64,000 nt of DNA. Source: Candidatus Caccoplasma merdipullorum (GTDB taxonomy: Bacteria; Bacteroidota; Bacteroidia; Bacteroidales; G3-4614). The notes beneath the pieces were generated by a model. The model was not told the DNA's origin. It did not search any database and was given only the letters and a program-made list of their open reading frames with translations. Positions 8,238 to 19,482 of the stretch are shown here, piece after piece. The position numbers and the translations under genes were made by a program. The stretch covers positions 13,292 through 77,291 of the forward strand of contig JADIMW010000003.1 of NCBI GenBank assembly GCA_017694415.1. The letters run 5' to 3'. Every line of letters starts with the position of its first letter. Within the stretch, counting starts at the first letter, position 1.

Positions 8238-10949
8238 ATGAAGAGAGTTTATACGTTCGGCAACGGCCAGGCAGAAGGGCGCGCCGACATGAAAAATTTA
8301 CTCGGAGGAAAAGGTGCGAACCTTGCGGAAATGAACCTTATCGGTGTACCCGTTCCTCCCGGTTTTACCATCACTACCGAAGTTTGTACCGCTTACAACA
8401 AGGACGGACGTGATGCCGTTGTAGCAATGATTAAGGAGGATGTTGAAAAATCGATTGCCTATATAGAGAATATAATGGGCACAAAATTCGGTGATGCAAA
8501 AAATCCTCTGCTTGTTTCGGTACGTTCGGGTGCCCGTGTATCCATGCCCGGTATGATGGACACCGTCCTCAACCTCGGTATCACGGAGAAAGTTGCTGAA
8601 GGTATAGCTGTAAAAACAGGAAATCCCCGCTTTGCATGGGACTCTTACAGACGTTTCGTGCAGATGTACGGCGATGTGGTGCTGGGAATGAAACCCAAAA
8701 GCAAAACCGACATCGACCCGTTCGAAGAGGTAATGGATAAGGTTAAGGAAAAGAAAGGTGTAAAACTCGATACCGAACTCGACGTAAACGACCTGAAGGA
8801 ACTTGTAAAGCTCTTCAAGGTTGCTGTTAAGGAGAGAACGGGCAAAGAATTCCCCGATGACCCGTGGGAACAGTTGTGGGGTGCAATATGCGCCGTATTC
8901 GACAGCTGGATGAACGAACGCGCAATATATTACAGACGAATGAACCAGATACCCGAAGAATGGGGTACTGCCGTAAACGTTCAGGCAATGGTATTCGGCA
9001 ATATGGGTAATACTTCGGCAACCGGAGTTGCATTTACCCGCGACGCTGCTACCGGTGAAGACATATTCAACGGCGAATACCTTATCAATGCACAGGGCGA
9101 AGACGTTGTTGCCGGTATCAGAACTCCCCAGCAGATAACGATAGAGGGTTCGCGCCGTTGGGCTGCCCTCCAAGGTATCAGCGAAGAGGTTCGCGCATCG
9201 AAATATCCGTCGCTCGAAGAATCGATGCCCGAATGTGCAAAAGACCTTATCGAGACCCAGCAGAAACTGGAAGATTACTTCAAGGATATGCAGGACCTCG
9301 AATTTACCATACAGGACGGTAAGCTCTGGCTCCTCCAGACCCGTAACGGAAAACGTACAGGTGCAGCCATGGTTAAGATAGCTATGGACATGTATCGTGC
9401 AGGCCAGATTGACGACAAGACAGTTTTGAAACGCATGGAGCCGCAGAAACTGGACGAGCTCCTGCACCCTGTATTCGACAAAGTAGCTTTGAAGTCGGCC
9501 AAAGTAGTGGCAAAAGGTCTCCCCGCTTCTCCGGGTGCCGCCACCGGACAAATTGTATTCTTCGCCGATGATGCTGAAGCTTGGGCTGAAAAACGCAAGA
9601 AAGTAATCCTTATAAGAATCGAGACTTCTCCCGAAGACCTCCGCGGTATGAATGTCGCTCAAGGTATCCTTACGGCTCGCGGCGGTATGACATCGCACGC
9701 TGCCGTTGTTGCCCGCGGTATGGGTAAATGCTGCGTATCGGGTGCAGGTGAAATAAATATCGATTACAAAGCACGTACCATAGAAATGGGCGGCAAAGTT
9801 TACAAAGAGGGCGACTGGATTTCTCTCAACGGTTCTACCGGTGAAGTTTACGACGGACAGGTAAGCACCGTAGAGGCTGACCTCAGCGGAGACTTCGGCG
9901 CAATAATGGATATTGCCGAGAAATATACGCAGATGGATGTTCGTACCAATGCCGACACTCCGCGCGATGCCAAGACAGCGCGCCGTTTCGGAGCGAAAGG
10001 TATCGGTCTCTGCCGTACAGAACACATGTTCTTTGAGGGAGAACGTATCAAGGCCATGCGCGAAATGATTCTCGCAGGGAGCGAAGAGGGTCGCCGCGAA
10101 GCTCTCAAGAAACTCCTCCCGATACAGAGACAGGACTTCTTCGGTATATTTATGGCAATGGACGGATATGGCGTAACGATACGTCTTCTCGACCCGCCTC
10201 TGCACGAATTCGTTCCTCATCAGCTGGCTACTCAGAAAGAGCTCGCTGCCGAAATGGGTCTTACTCTCGAAGAGGTTAAGATTGCATGCGACTCTCTCGC
10301 CGAGTTCAACCCGATGCTCGGGCACAGGGGTTGCCGTCTGGGATGTACATATCCCGAAATTACCGAAATGCAGGCTCGTGCTATAATCGAGGCAGCTCTC
10401 GATGCAAAACTGCAGGGTGCAAAAGTTACTCCGGAGATTATGGTTCCGCTGGTTGGCATGATAACCGAGCTCAAGATGCAGGCTGAGGTTATTACCAACA
10501 CTGCAGAAAAAGTATTTGCAGAACGCGGCGAACGTATAGAGTACAAAATCGGTACGATGATTGAAGTTCCGCGTGCAGCTCTGACAGCCGATAAGATTGC
10601 TGAGGTTGCCGACTTCTTCTCGTTCGGTACAAACGACCTTACCCAGATGACTTTCGGATTCTCGCGCGACGACGCAGGTAAATTCCTCAAGATATATCAG
10701 GAAAAAGGTATCCTCAAAAACGATCCGTTTGCAATACTCGACCAGGAAGGTGTTGGACAACTCGTTCGCATGGGTACTGAAAAAGGCCGCTCGACGAAAG
10801 CACACCTCAAAGTGGGTATCTGCGGCGAGCATGGTGGCGAACCGTCATCGGTTAAGTTCTGCGCATCGCTCGGCATGAACTATGTAAGCTGCAGCCCGTT
10901 CCGCGTGCCTATCGCAAGGGTTGCCGCGGCTCAGGCTGCCATCGAATAA
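8238..10949 (+). CDS. ppdK: pyruvate, phosphate dikinase
   Basis: 903 aa. The phosphohistidine motif GGMTSHAAVVARGMGK is present. The C-terminal PEP-utilising block is GTNDLTQMTFGFSRDD ... GICGEHGG. Confidence 0.97.
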   Translation: MKRVYTFGNGQAEGRADMKNLLGGKGANLAEMNLIGVPVPPGFTITTEVCTAYNKDGRDAVVAMIKEDVEKSIAYIENIMGTKFGDAKNPLLVSVRSGARVSMPGMMDTVLNLGITEKVAEGIAVKTGNPRFAWDSYRRFVQMYGDVVLGMKPKSKTDIDPFEEVMDKVKEKKGVKLDTELDVNDLKELVKLFKVAVKERTGKEFPDDPWEQLWGAICAVFDSWMNERAIYYRRMNQIPEEWGTAVNVQAMVFGNMGNTSATGVAFTRDAATGEDIFNGEYLINAQGEDVVAGIRTPQQITIEGSRRWAALQGISEEVRASKYPSLEESMPECAKDLIETQQKLEDYFKDMQDLEFTIQDGKLWLLQTRNGKRTGAAMVKIAMDMYRAGQIDDKTVLKRMEPQKLDELLHPVFDKVALKSAKVVAKGLPASPGAATGQIVFFADDAEAWAEKRKKVILIRIETSPEDLRGMNVAQGILTARGGMTSHAAVVARGMGKCCVSGAGEINIDYKARTIEMGGKVYKEGDWISLNGSTGEVYDGQVSTVEADLSGDFGAIMDIAEKYTQMDVRTNADTPRDAKTARRFGAKGIGLCRTEHMFFEGERIKAMREMILAGSEEGRREALKKLLPIQRQDFFGIFMAMDGYGVTIRLLDPPLHEFVPHQLATQKELAAEMGLTLEEVKIACDSLAEFNPMLGHRGCRLGCTYPEITEMQARAIIEAALDAKLQGAKVTPEIMVPLVGMITELKMQAEVITNTAEKVFAERGERIEYKIGTMIEVPRAALTADKIAEVADFFSFGTNDLTQMTFGFSRDDAGKFLKIYQEKGILKNDPFAILDQEGVGQLVRMGTEKGRSTKAHLKVGICGEHGGEPSSVKFCASLGMNYVSCSPFRVPIARVAAAQAAIE

Positions 10950-10976
10950 CAGGAAATATCTATTCGATATATACGG

Positions 10977-11019
10977 AAAGAGTTTCGGGGATTATCTCTG
11001 AAACTCTTTTATTTTTTTA
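10977..11019 (+). terminator. intrinsic terminator after ppdK
   Basis: A 10-bp stem pairs aaagagtttc (10977-10986) with gaaactcttt (11000-11009). The tail tattttttt follows. Confidence 0.75.
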
Positions 11020-11110
11020 AGCAATCATAAATCGACTGATTGTCAGACAGATATAAATGTCGGGGTTTTATGCCAAATAGCCCGCCGCTCTTTCTTGCTA
11101 AAAAATAATG

Positions 11111-11141
11111 TTTGTATATGCTCTTGTTTGGTGTATCTTTG
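11111..11141 (+). promoter_or_regulatory. Bacteroidetes-type promoter for the queD/queE-like pair
   Basis: The -33 TTTG is at 11111-11114. A 19-nt spacer separates it from the -7 box TATCTTTG at 11134-11141. Confidence 0.55.
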
Positions 11142-11209
11142 CCGTAAGCTGCAAAGGTGCAGCGGGAAAATAGATGCCTTAATTCGCGGCAGGAATCTTT
11201 TTAACGGAT

Positions 11210-11806
11210 ATGATAGTACGGAAAATTTTTTCAGTCGAAACAGGCCATATCGTAAGGAACTGTTCGAGCGACAGATGCAAATATACTCATCACGGACACA
11301 GCGCAAAGATTGAACTCTTCTTCGAATCGGAATATCTTGACAATGCCGGAATGGTTATGGACTTCGGTCTGATGAAGAACGACATAAAGGCTTTTATCGA
11401 CATGATGGACCACTGCTATCTGTTCTGTTCGGCAGAGGACGAAGAGTTCAAGAATTTTCACAGGCTGTATAACAACCGCTGGATTGAACTACCGTTCATC
11501 CCGTCTGCCGAAATGTTGAGCATTTTCATTTTCCGTTTTGTTGAACAGATAATCCGATTCACAATTTTTACAAACGGGGAACGCGGCGTAAGGCTGAAAA
11601 GCGTAAGGTACCACGAAACCGACACGTGTTATGCCGAATGTGATAAGGCGGACGCCATGAGATATACGCCGGAGAGGTTTGCCGAATTGCTCGACGGCAT
11701 TACTTTCTCGGACGAGTTGTCGGCAGGCATGCCCGAAAATCTTGTAAAAAAGCTTGGGGGCACAGCCGTTCCGAATCCGGAGACCGAACAGCAGATTAGA
11801 CCATGA
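11210..11806 (+). CDS. queD: 6-carboxytetrahydropterin synthase (QueD / PTPS family), long form
   Basis: 198 aa. The PTPS-family Cys/His block is ETGHIVRNCSSDRCKYTHHGHS. It is followed by AGMVMDFGLMK. The protein has a C-terminal extension relative to typical QueD. Confidence 0.75.
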   Translation: MIVRKIFSVETGHIVRNCSSDRCKYTHHGHSAKIELFFESEYLDNAGMVMDFGLMKNDIKAFIDMMDHCYLFCSAEDEEFKNFHRLYNNRWIELPFIPSAEMLSIFIFRFVEQIIRFTIFTNGERGVRLKSVRYHETDTCYAECDKADAMRYTPERFAELLDGITFSDELSAGMPENLVKKLGGTAVPNPETEQQIRP

Positions 11807-12606
11807 TTTTTCCTGTAATAGAACTTTTCAAATCGATTCAGGGAGAAGGTCGCTATACCGGATACCCATCCATATTTATCCGTGTAACGGGGTGTAACCT
11901 GAGGTGCGTGTTTAACGGGGAGGAATGCGATACTCCATATACTTCGCATCGCCCGGAGGCTGCACGCTACGGGTTCGAAGAATGTATTACGTTCATAAAG
12001 GAGAACTGCCATATAAGGCATATTGTAATAACCGGAGGCGAACCTCTGTTGTATATGTCCGGCATAAACTCTCTTATTGAAGAGGCGGTAAAGATATATG
12101 CCGAAAACGAAAAGGAGGCACCTGTTATCACCGTCGAAACCAACGGTACTCTCCCGCTTGATTTGGTGCGGTACGAACATCTCCGTTCGGTGTCGCTGTG
12201 GAGCATCTCCCCTAAATTGTCGTCATCGGAACCGAAAGAATCGGACGGTGTTCCTGCCGAATGGGTAAAGAGGCACAGGGAAAACCGCTACGACAGAAAG
12301 ATTTTCACGGACAACATAGGCAAAATTTTGTCAAGCGGGGAAGCCCGCATCCAACTGAAGTTCGTATATACCGACAGCGGTTGCATAAACGAAATAAAAG
12401 AGAATTACATTTGCCCTGTAACCGCAATATGCGGGAACAGGAAACCCGACCCGGAACGTATTGCCGTAATGATAATGCCCGAAGGGGTCTCGCCCGAAAA
12501 AATAAATGCGAAAAGGGACGAAATGATTGCTTGTTGCATCAGAGAAGGGTGGATATATTGCACGAGGCTGCATATTACTCTCTTCGGTAATGAACGTGGT
12601 AAATAA
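11803..12606 (+). CDS. queE: 7-carboxy-7-deazaguanine synthase-like radical SAM protein (QueE family)
   Basis: 267 aa. The N-terminus is IELFKSIQGEGRYTGYPSIFIRVTGCNLRCVFNGEECDTPY, and ITGGEPLL is also present. It overlaps queD by 4 nt (ATGA). Confidence 0.8.
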   Translation: MIFPVIELFKSIQGEGRYTGYPSIFIRVTGCNLRCVFNGEECDTPYTSHRPEAARYGFEECITFIKENCHIRHIVITGGEPLLYMSGINSLIEEAVKIYAENEKEAPVITVETNGTLPLDLVRYEHLRSVSLWSISPKLSSSEPKESDGVPAEWVKRHRENRYDRKIFTDNIGKILSSGEARIQLKFVYTDSGCINEIKENYICPVTAICGNRKPDPERIAVMIMPEGVSPEKINAKRDEMIACCIREGWIYCTRLHITLFGNERGK

Positions 12607-12636
12607 TTTGCACCGTCCGACAAACAGTAAAAACAA

Positions 12637-12670
12637 GCGGCGCGGAATCTATTGTTGGATTCCGCGCCGC
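12637..12670. terminator. bidirectional hairpin between the convergent queE-like and ettA genes
   Basis: A perfect 13-bp stem pairs gcggcgcggaatc (12637-12649) with gattccgcgccgc (12658-12670). The loop is 8 nt. An A-rich stretch lies 5' and a T-run lies 3'. Confidence 0.8.
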
Positions 12671-12692
12671 TGCTGCTTTTTATAAATGTTCT

Positions 12693-14381
<1,689 letters not shown>

Positions 14382-14534
14382 ATTATCGCGTTTTTTATTG
14401 AAAATGCGAAGATAATAAAATTCTGTTATTATCGCCATATGGCTGCAGGCTAATATTGAATGGCGCTTCCTGCGAATTTGCACATGTCGGATTATATCAT
14501 TACCTTTACGGTTTAACTTCCATTAACTCGCATT

Positions 14535-15005
14535 ATGCCAAAATTCTTAATCGCAGCTCTGCTTTTTTTTGCAGGAACTTTATGTATGGCAGAGGAGACA
14601 TATTATTGTCTGATTACGGACAAAGACGTGAAAATAGCCATTGCCGACATCGATTTTTTGATTGCATCCGATTCGGAACCTGTTTTCAACGCAGTACTTA
14701 AAAACGGGGAGGTCTGCGAAAACATAAGAAAGGCTTCTTTCGGGAAAGAGTCGTATCAGGGAAGCGGCATTACGGAATCTCGTTCTGCAAATGTTTCGAT
14801 ATTCCCGAACCCGGTAAAACAGACTTTGCATATTACTTGCACCGAAAGCAAAAAACGCAGCTTTGAGATTTACTCCACTAACGGTTCTCTTTTGAGAAAA
14901 GCTGAATCGGACGGTAATACAACGACTCTGTACGTGGGGGATTTGCCGGAAGGGAAATATCTGCTGCGCACGGAAAGTACTTCATTGATGTTCATAAAGA
15001 ATTAA
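14535..15005 (+). CDS. small secreted protein with T9SS type A C-terminal sorting domain
   Basis: 156 aa with signal peptide MPKFLIAALLFFAGTLCMA. The C-terminus SIFPNPVKQTLHITC..FEIYSTNGSLL..LYVGDLPEGKYLLRTES..FIKN fits the Por-secretion CTD pattern. Confidence 0.7.
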   Translation: MPKFLIAALLFFAGTLCMAEETYYCLITDKDVKIAIADIDFLIASDSEPVFNAVLKNGEVCENIRKASFGKESYQGSGITESRSANVSIFPNPVKQTLHITCTESKKRSFEIYSTNGSLLRKAESDGNTTTLYVGDLPEGKYLLRTESTSLMFIKN

Positions 15006-15025
15006 AATAACCAGACGTAAACCGC

Positions 15026-16144
15026 ATGAAATCTTTTGCATTAACGACAGCCATATTATTATTATTTTTGGGTACAGCCGAAGCAAAAGCACAGTTCGTT
15101 GTGAAGAAAGCCGACGGTTCTATTGTTTCGATAGAGGGTAGCGAAATATCTTTTGCTCCCGATGCCGACGGCGTAAAATGGAGCATCGGCGATGAATACG
15201 TCGAAGACAATGATTTAGACAATATTCTTTTTATAAGGCCGATATTGCCTAAACGTCCTTTCGACAGTTCGCTTTATTACGGCAGGTCGCTGCTTGACGA
15301 GAATGAGCAGAAAGCATACGACTTCATGCTTGCCGCATTTCTCGGTTTTGCGCCCGACCCTGATAATCCAAATGCGAAAAGGATTGCCGTAAATTTCACT
15401 GAGGCGGGCATAGATATTACATACGAACAGCTTCTTACAATAGGGAAATACATGCAATACGACGAACCCCGGCTGTTGATGCTGCAGTCGATTGTTCCGA
15501 AAGGCGATGCTACTCAAATGGTCTCCCCGCCAAAGACAGGTCCTGTCGGCACGGTATATTACGACGCCCGTTTCTTCAATGTAAACACGGCATACACAAT
15601 CCAGACTCTTAACTCTGCAAAAATAGAAGTCGCGGCATCTGAAATTCTCGATAAAATAGAGCCGGACATGAATGAGGCTCAAAAATTCAGATTGATTCAT
15701 GACGAATTCATAAAGCTTGTAAGTTACGGCGGAATGTCAACAGGGAATTCGGGGACTATCGAGGGGGCTTTTATTCCCAATTCATTGGGGGTTTATGCAA
15801 TAGTTTGCCAAGGGTACGCCAAAGGGCTGCAATATTTGTGCCTGCGTGCAGGTATTCCGGCAATATACGTTACCGGAACGGCCAATTACAATCCTCCACC
15901 GGTCGATCATGCTTGGAACATGGTGAAAATAGACGGGGAATGGTATAATGTGGATGCAACAAACGACGATCCTCCTACAGGCGCTACAGTTCAGGTAAGG
16001 TATGAGGATTTTCTGCAATGCAACGACGATTTCCTGCATGACCACACTCCGGGTGTTACAACTGCAGGTACTGCCGATTCATTTCCGGCATTTCCCGAAA
16101 CGGCTTCTCAAAGCTATCCGCTGGAAGAGACTGAATACCCGTAA
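15026..16144 (+). CDS. transglutaminase-like cysteine peptidase superfamily protein (secreted)
   Basis: 372 aa with a signal peptide ending in AEAKAQ. The Cys-His-Asp triad context is CQGYAKGLQYLC ... HAWNMVKIDGEWYNVDATND. Confidence 0.8.
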   Translation: MKSFALTTAILLLFLGTAEAKAQFVVKKADGSIVSIEGSEISFAPDADGVKWSIGDEYVEDNDLDNILFIRPILPKRPFDSSLYYGRSLLDENEQKAYDFMLAAFLGFAPDPDNPNAKRIAVNFTEAGIDITYEQLLTIGKYMQYDEPRLLMLQSIVPKGDATQMVSPPKTGPVGTVYYDARFFNVNTAYTIQTLNSAKIEVAASEILDKIEPDMNEAQKFRLIHDEFIKLVSYGGMSTGNSGTIEGAFIPNSLGVYAIVCQGYAKGLQYLCLRAGIPAIYVTGTANYNPPPVDHAWNMVKIDGEWYNVDATNDDPPTGATVQVRYEDFLQCNDDFLHDHTPGVTTAGTADSFPAFPETASQSYPLEETEYP

Positions 16145-16244
16145 CGGACAGACGGCGCATGTCCGGGAAACGGGACAAGAAACATAGATATTACGAAATA
16201 TTTGGACTGGATTTTATATCTGTAACTTCAAAACACGCAGTGTT

Positions 16245-17900
16245 ATGAATATAAACAAGCCGTTGTTGTATTCTTTTGTATTGGGCAGTTCGATTGTATC
16301 GGCAACTGATTTGCATGCCGAAACAGACAAGCCCAACATAATATTTTTTCTTGTGGACGATATGGGATGGCAGGATACATCTCTCCCGTTCTGGACTGAA
16401 AAGACCCCCTACAACATGATATATGAAACTCCGAACATGGAGCGTCTTGCCGAAAGGGGGATGATGTTTACTCAGGCATACGCCAACAGCATAAGTTCGC
16501 CGAGCCGTTGCAGCCTGCTTACCGGATGCAATTCGGCACGCCACTGCGTAACCAACTGGACACTGCACAAGGACCAATCAACGGACGGGAACAACGAAAA
16601 GATTATTCCGCCGGAATGGAACGTAAACGGTATATGCCAGACTTCGGGTATCCCGCGCACGTTTCGGGCAACTTCTTTCGTACAGATACTGAAGGATAAC
16701 GGCTACCACACCATACACTGCGGTAAGGCTCACTTCGGAGCGATTGACACTCCGGGGGAAAACCCGCATCATTTCGGTTTCGAGGTGAACATAGCCGGTC
16801 ATGCGGCCGGTGGTCTGGCGAGTTATCTGGGAGAGCAAAACTTCGGCAACAAAACCGACGGGACGGAGAGTTCGCCTTTTGCCGTACCTGGTCTTGAAGA
16901 GTATTGGGGCAAGGATATTTTTGTTACGGAAGCTCTTACTGTCGAGGCCAAAAAAGCTCTCGACAAAGCTAAGAAGTTAGGACAGCCGTTCTTTTTGTAT
17001 ATGTCGCATTATGCCGTTCATGTACCATACGACAAGGATATGAGATATTACGGCAAATATCGTAACGAAAAGGGGCTGACGGAAAACGAGGCTGCATACG
17101 CGTCTCTGATTGAGGGTATGGACAAAAGCCTCGGCGATATTATGGATTGGCTTGAAGAAAACGACATGGCGGATAACACAATCGTAATATTCATGTCCGA
17201 CAACGGTGGGCTTGCTGCCGAATCGTGGAGCCGCGACGGCGAACTGCATACGCAGAATGCACCTCTCAGCAGCGGTAAAGGCTCGGCAAGAGAAGGCGGG
17301 ATACGTGAACCAATGATTGTAGCATGGCCGGGCATGGTCGAAGCAGGGAGCAAATGCGACAGTTACGTAATAATAGAGGATTTCTTCCCAACTATTCTGG
17401 AAATGGCGGGGATTACCGATTACGAGACCGTACAGGCCATTGACGGTATCAGCATGGTGCCGTTGCTGAACGGAAGCGGGGATACCTCGAAGGGACGGGC
17501 GTTATTCTGGAACTGTCCCAACATGTGGGGGAATACCGGACCCGGCATCGGTCCTACGTGTACTGTACGTGAGGGGGACTGGAAGCTGATATATTATTAC
17601 GATACCGGCAAAAAGGAGCTGTTCAACATAACCGAGGATATAGGCGAAAAGAACAATCTTGCGGAGACTTGTCCGGAAAAGACAAAAAAATTATCGAAGA
17701 AACTTGGAAGGTACTTGCGCAATATAGGAGCTCAACGCCCTACGGTGAAAGAAACGGGCAAGCCTGCTCCGTGGCCTGACCAGATACGACAATATCAATT
17801 ATACTTTTTACAGAATCTGCATAATGGGGAAATGTTATTTTTTTATGGCCGGAGGGGCGTTGTCTGTTTTGGCATTGAATTCCTGCACGGACACGAGTGA
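16245..17900 (+). CDS. S1-family sulfatase (Ser-type formylglycine motif)
   Basis: 551 aa with a signal peptide. The metal-site block NIIFFLVDDMGWQD is present. The signature S-S-P-S-R-C-S-L-L-T-G has Ser where Cys-type enzymes have Cys. The last ~35 codons run into the next gene. Confidence 0.9.
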   Translation: MNINKPLLYSFVLGSSIVSATDLHAETDKPNIIFFLVDDMGWQDTSLPFWTEKTPYNMIYETPNMERLAERGMMFTQAYANSISSPSRCSLLTGCNSARHCVTNWTLHKDQSTDGNNEKIIPPEWNVNGICQTSGIPRTFRATSFVQILKDNGYHTIHCGKAHFGAIDTPGENPHHFGFEVNIAGHAAGGLASYLGEQNFGNKTDGTESSPFAVPGLEEYWGKDIFVTEALTVEAKKALDKAKKLGQPFFLYMSHYAVHVPYDKDMRYYGKYRNEKGLTENEAAYASLIEGMDKSLGDIMDWLEENDMADNTIVIFMSDNGGLAAESWSRDGELHTQNAPLSSGKGSAREGGIREPMIVAWPGMVEAGSKCDSYVIIEDFFPTILEMAGITDYETVQAIDGISMVPLLNGSGDTSKGRALFWNCPNMWGNTGPGIGPTCTVREGDWKLIYYYDTGKKELFNITEDIGEKNNLAETCPEKTKKLSKKLGRYLRNIGAQRPTVKETGKPAPWPDQIRQYQLYFLQNLHNGEMLFFYGRRGVVCFGIEFLHGHE

Positions 17901-19398
17901 GACTAAACAGCTTAACATAGTATATATAATGACCGACGACCATACGCGCCAGGTAATGGGGTGTTATGGCAGCGACTATGCCGATACGCCCAACCTCGAC
18001 AAGATTGCAGAGGAAGGGGTTATATTTACAAATGCGTATGTAGCCAATTCGATAAGCGGGCCGAGCCGTGCCTGCATATTGACGGGCAAGCACAGCCACA
18101 TAAACGGATTTACCGACAATACAAGAACATTTGATGGAGAGCAGCAGACTTTTCCCAAATTGTTGCGGAAAGCCGGCTACCAGACTGCTGTTATAGGCAA
18201 GTGGCATCTCCACTCTTTACCGACCGGATTCGACTATTGGGATATTCTTATAGGTCAGGGCGACTATTACAACTCGCCGTTTATAACAATGGGTGATACG
18301 CTTAAGACCGAAGGATACGTTACCAATACCATAACGGACAAGAGCATCGACTGGCTTGAGAACAGGCGCGACAAAAGCAAACCTTTTATGCTGATGGTGC
18401 ACCACAAGGCCATACACCGCAACTGGATGGCCGACACTTGCCACTTGAAAGATTACGAAGAGAAGGTTTTCCCGATACCCGACAACTTTTATGACGATTA
18501 TGACGGTCGTAAGGCAGCGTCGTTGCAGGAGATGGATATTAGAGAAGGGGACATGGATTTGCTGTACGACTTGAAAATGTATAGGCCGGGAGATGAAAGC
18601 CGTCTCCGCAGGAATTACATATCGGACGACAAACGCCACGGCACATACGGGAACATGAACGATGCGCAACGTCAGGCGTGGGATGCACACTATAATCCTA
18701 TAATAAAGGAATTTTTCTCGTCCAACCTGAAAGGGAAGGAACTGATGGAATGGAAATACCAGCGATATATGCGGGATTATATGAAGACGGTGAAGTCGCT
18801 GGATGAAAATGTGGGACGCCTTATGGCTTATCTCGAAGAATCGGGTCTTTTAGAGAATACGCTGGTAATATACACCTCCGACCAAGGGTTTTACATGGGG
18901 GAACACGGATGGTTCGATAAACGCTTCATGTATGACGAATCGTTCAGTACTCCGCTGATAATGAGACTTCCTAAGGGATATGACAGGAGAGGGGAAATTA
19001 CGGAACTCGTCCAGAACATAGACTATGCACCTACTTTCCTTGAGATAGCCGGAGCCGAGATTCCCGACGATATTCAAGGCGTATCGCTTCTGCCTCTGCT
19101 GAAAGGCGAGAAACCGGAGAATTGGCGTAACGCGCTTTATTATCACTTTTACGAATATCCCGGCGAACATGCCGTAAGGAAACACTACGGCATATACGAC
19201 GGCCGATATAAGTTGATACATTTCTATGGCGACGATATTGATGAATGGGAACTGTTCGACAGGAATACCGACCCTTCGGAAATGCACAATATCTATTCGC
19301 TTCCTGAAAATGCAGGAACAGTGAAACAGATGAAGTCGAGATTGAAAGAGTTGCAGGTTATGTATAAGGACCCTATACTTGAAAAGTATCCGCTTTAA
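17824..19398 (+). CDS. S1-family sulfatase (Ser-type), lipoprotein
   Basis: 524 aa with a lipoprotein signal ALNSC. The block NIVYIMTDDH is present and the signature is S-G-P-S-R-A-C-I-L-T-G. It overlaps the upstream sulfatase by 77 nt. Confidence 0.9.
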   Translation: MGKCYFFMAGGALSVLALNSCTDTSETKQLNIVYIMTDDHTRQVMGCYGSDYADTPNLDKIAEEGVIFTNAYVANSISGPSRACILTGKHSHINGFTDNTRTFDGEQQTFPKLLRKAGYQTAVIGKWHLHSLPTGFDYWDILIGQGDYYNSPFITMGDTLKTEGYVTNTITDKSIDWLENRRDKSKPFMLMVHHKAIHRNWMADTCHLKDYEEKVFPIPDNFYDDYDGRKAASLQEMDIREGDMDLLYDLKMYRPGDESRLRRNYISDDKRHGTYGNMNDAQRQAWDAHYNPIIKEFFSSNLKGKELMEWKYQRYMRDYMKTVKSLDENVGRLMAYLEESGLLENTLVIYTSDQGFYMGEHGWFDKRFMYDESFSTPLIMRLPKGYDRRGEITELVQNIDYAPTFLEIAGAEIPDDIQGVSLLPLLKGEKPENWRNALYYHFYEYPGEHAVRKHYGIYDGRYKLIHFYGDDIDEWELFDRNTDPSEMHNIYSLPENAGTVKQMKSRLKELQVMYKDPILEKYPL

Positions 19399-19417
19399 TA
19401 TCGTTTTTTTCTCTACA

Positions 19418-19461
19418 AAAACGACAGGGAGGCTGTTTTTATAAAACCTCCCTGTCGTTTT
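19418..19461. terminator. bidirectional hairpin between the convergent sulfatase and M23 peptidase genes
   Basis: A 15-bp stem pairs aaaacgacagggagg (19418-19432) with cctccctgtcgtttt (19447-19461). The loop is 14 nt. Confidence 0.8.
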
Positions 19462-19482
19462 ATCCGGTTTACAGCGTTTTTT

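Noticed and set aside
8298-10832. An 844-aa ORF antisense to almost all of ppdK.
   Set aside because: It lies entirely inside a confidently identified, motif-rich gene on the other strand. Its translation is low-complexity (Phe/Cys/Arg/His-rich) with no recognisable motif. Long antisense ORFs are an expected by-product of strong codon bias that avoids TTA/CTA/TCA codons.
11142-11209. A preQ1 riboswitch in the queD-like leader (hairpin gctgca-aagg-tgcagc followed by an A-rich tail).
   Set aside because: The loop is only 4 nt, so the H-type pseudoknot of preQ1-I cannot form. The conserved loop and tail nucleotides are absent.
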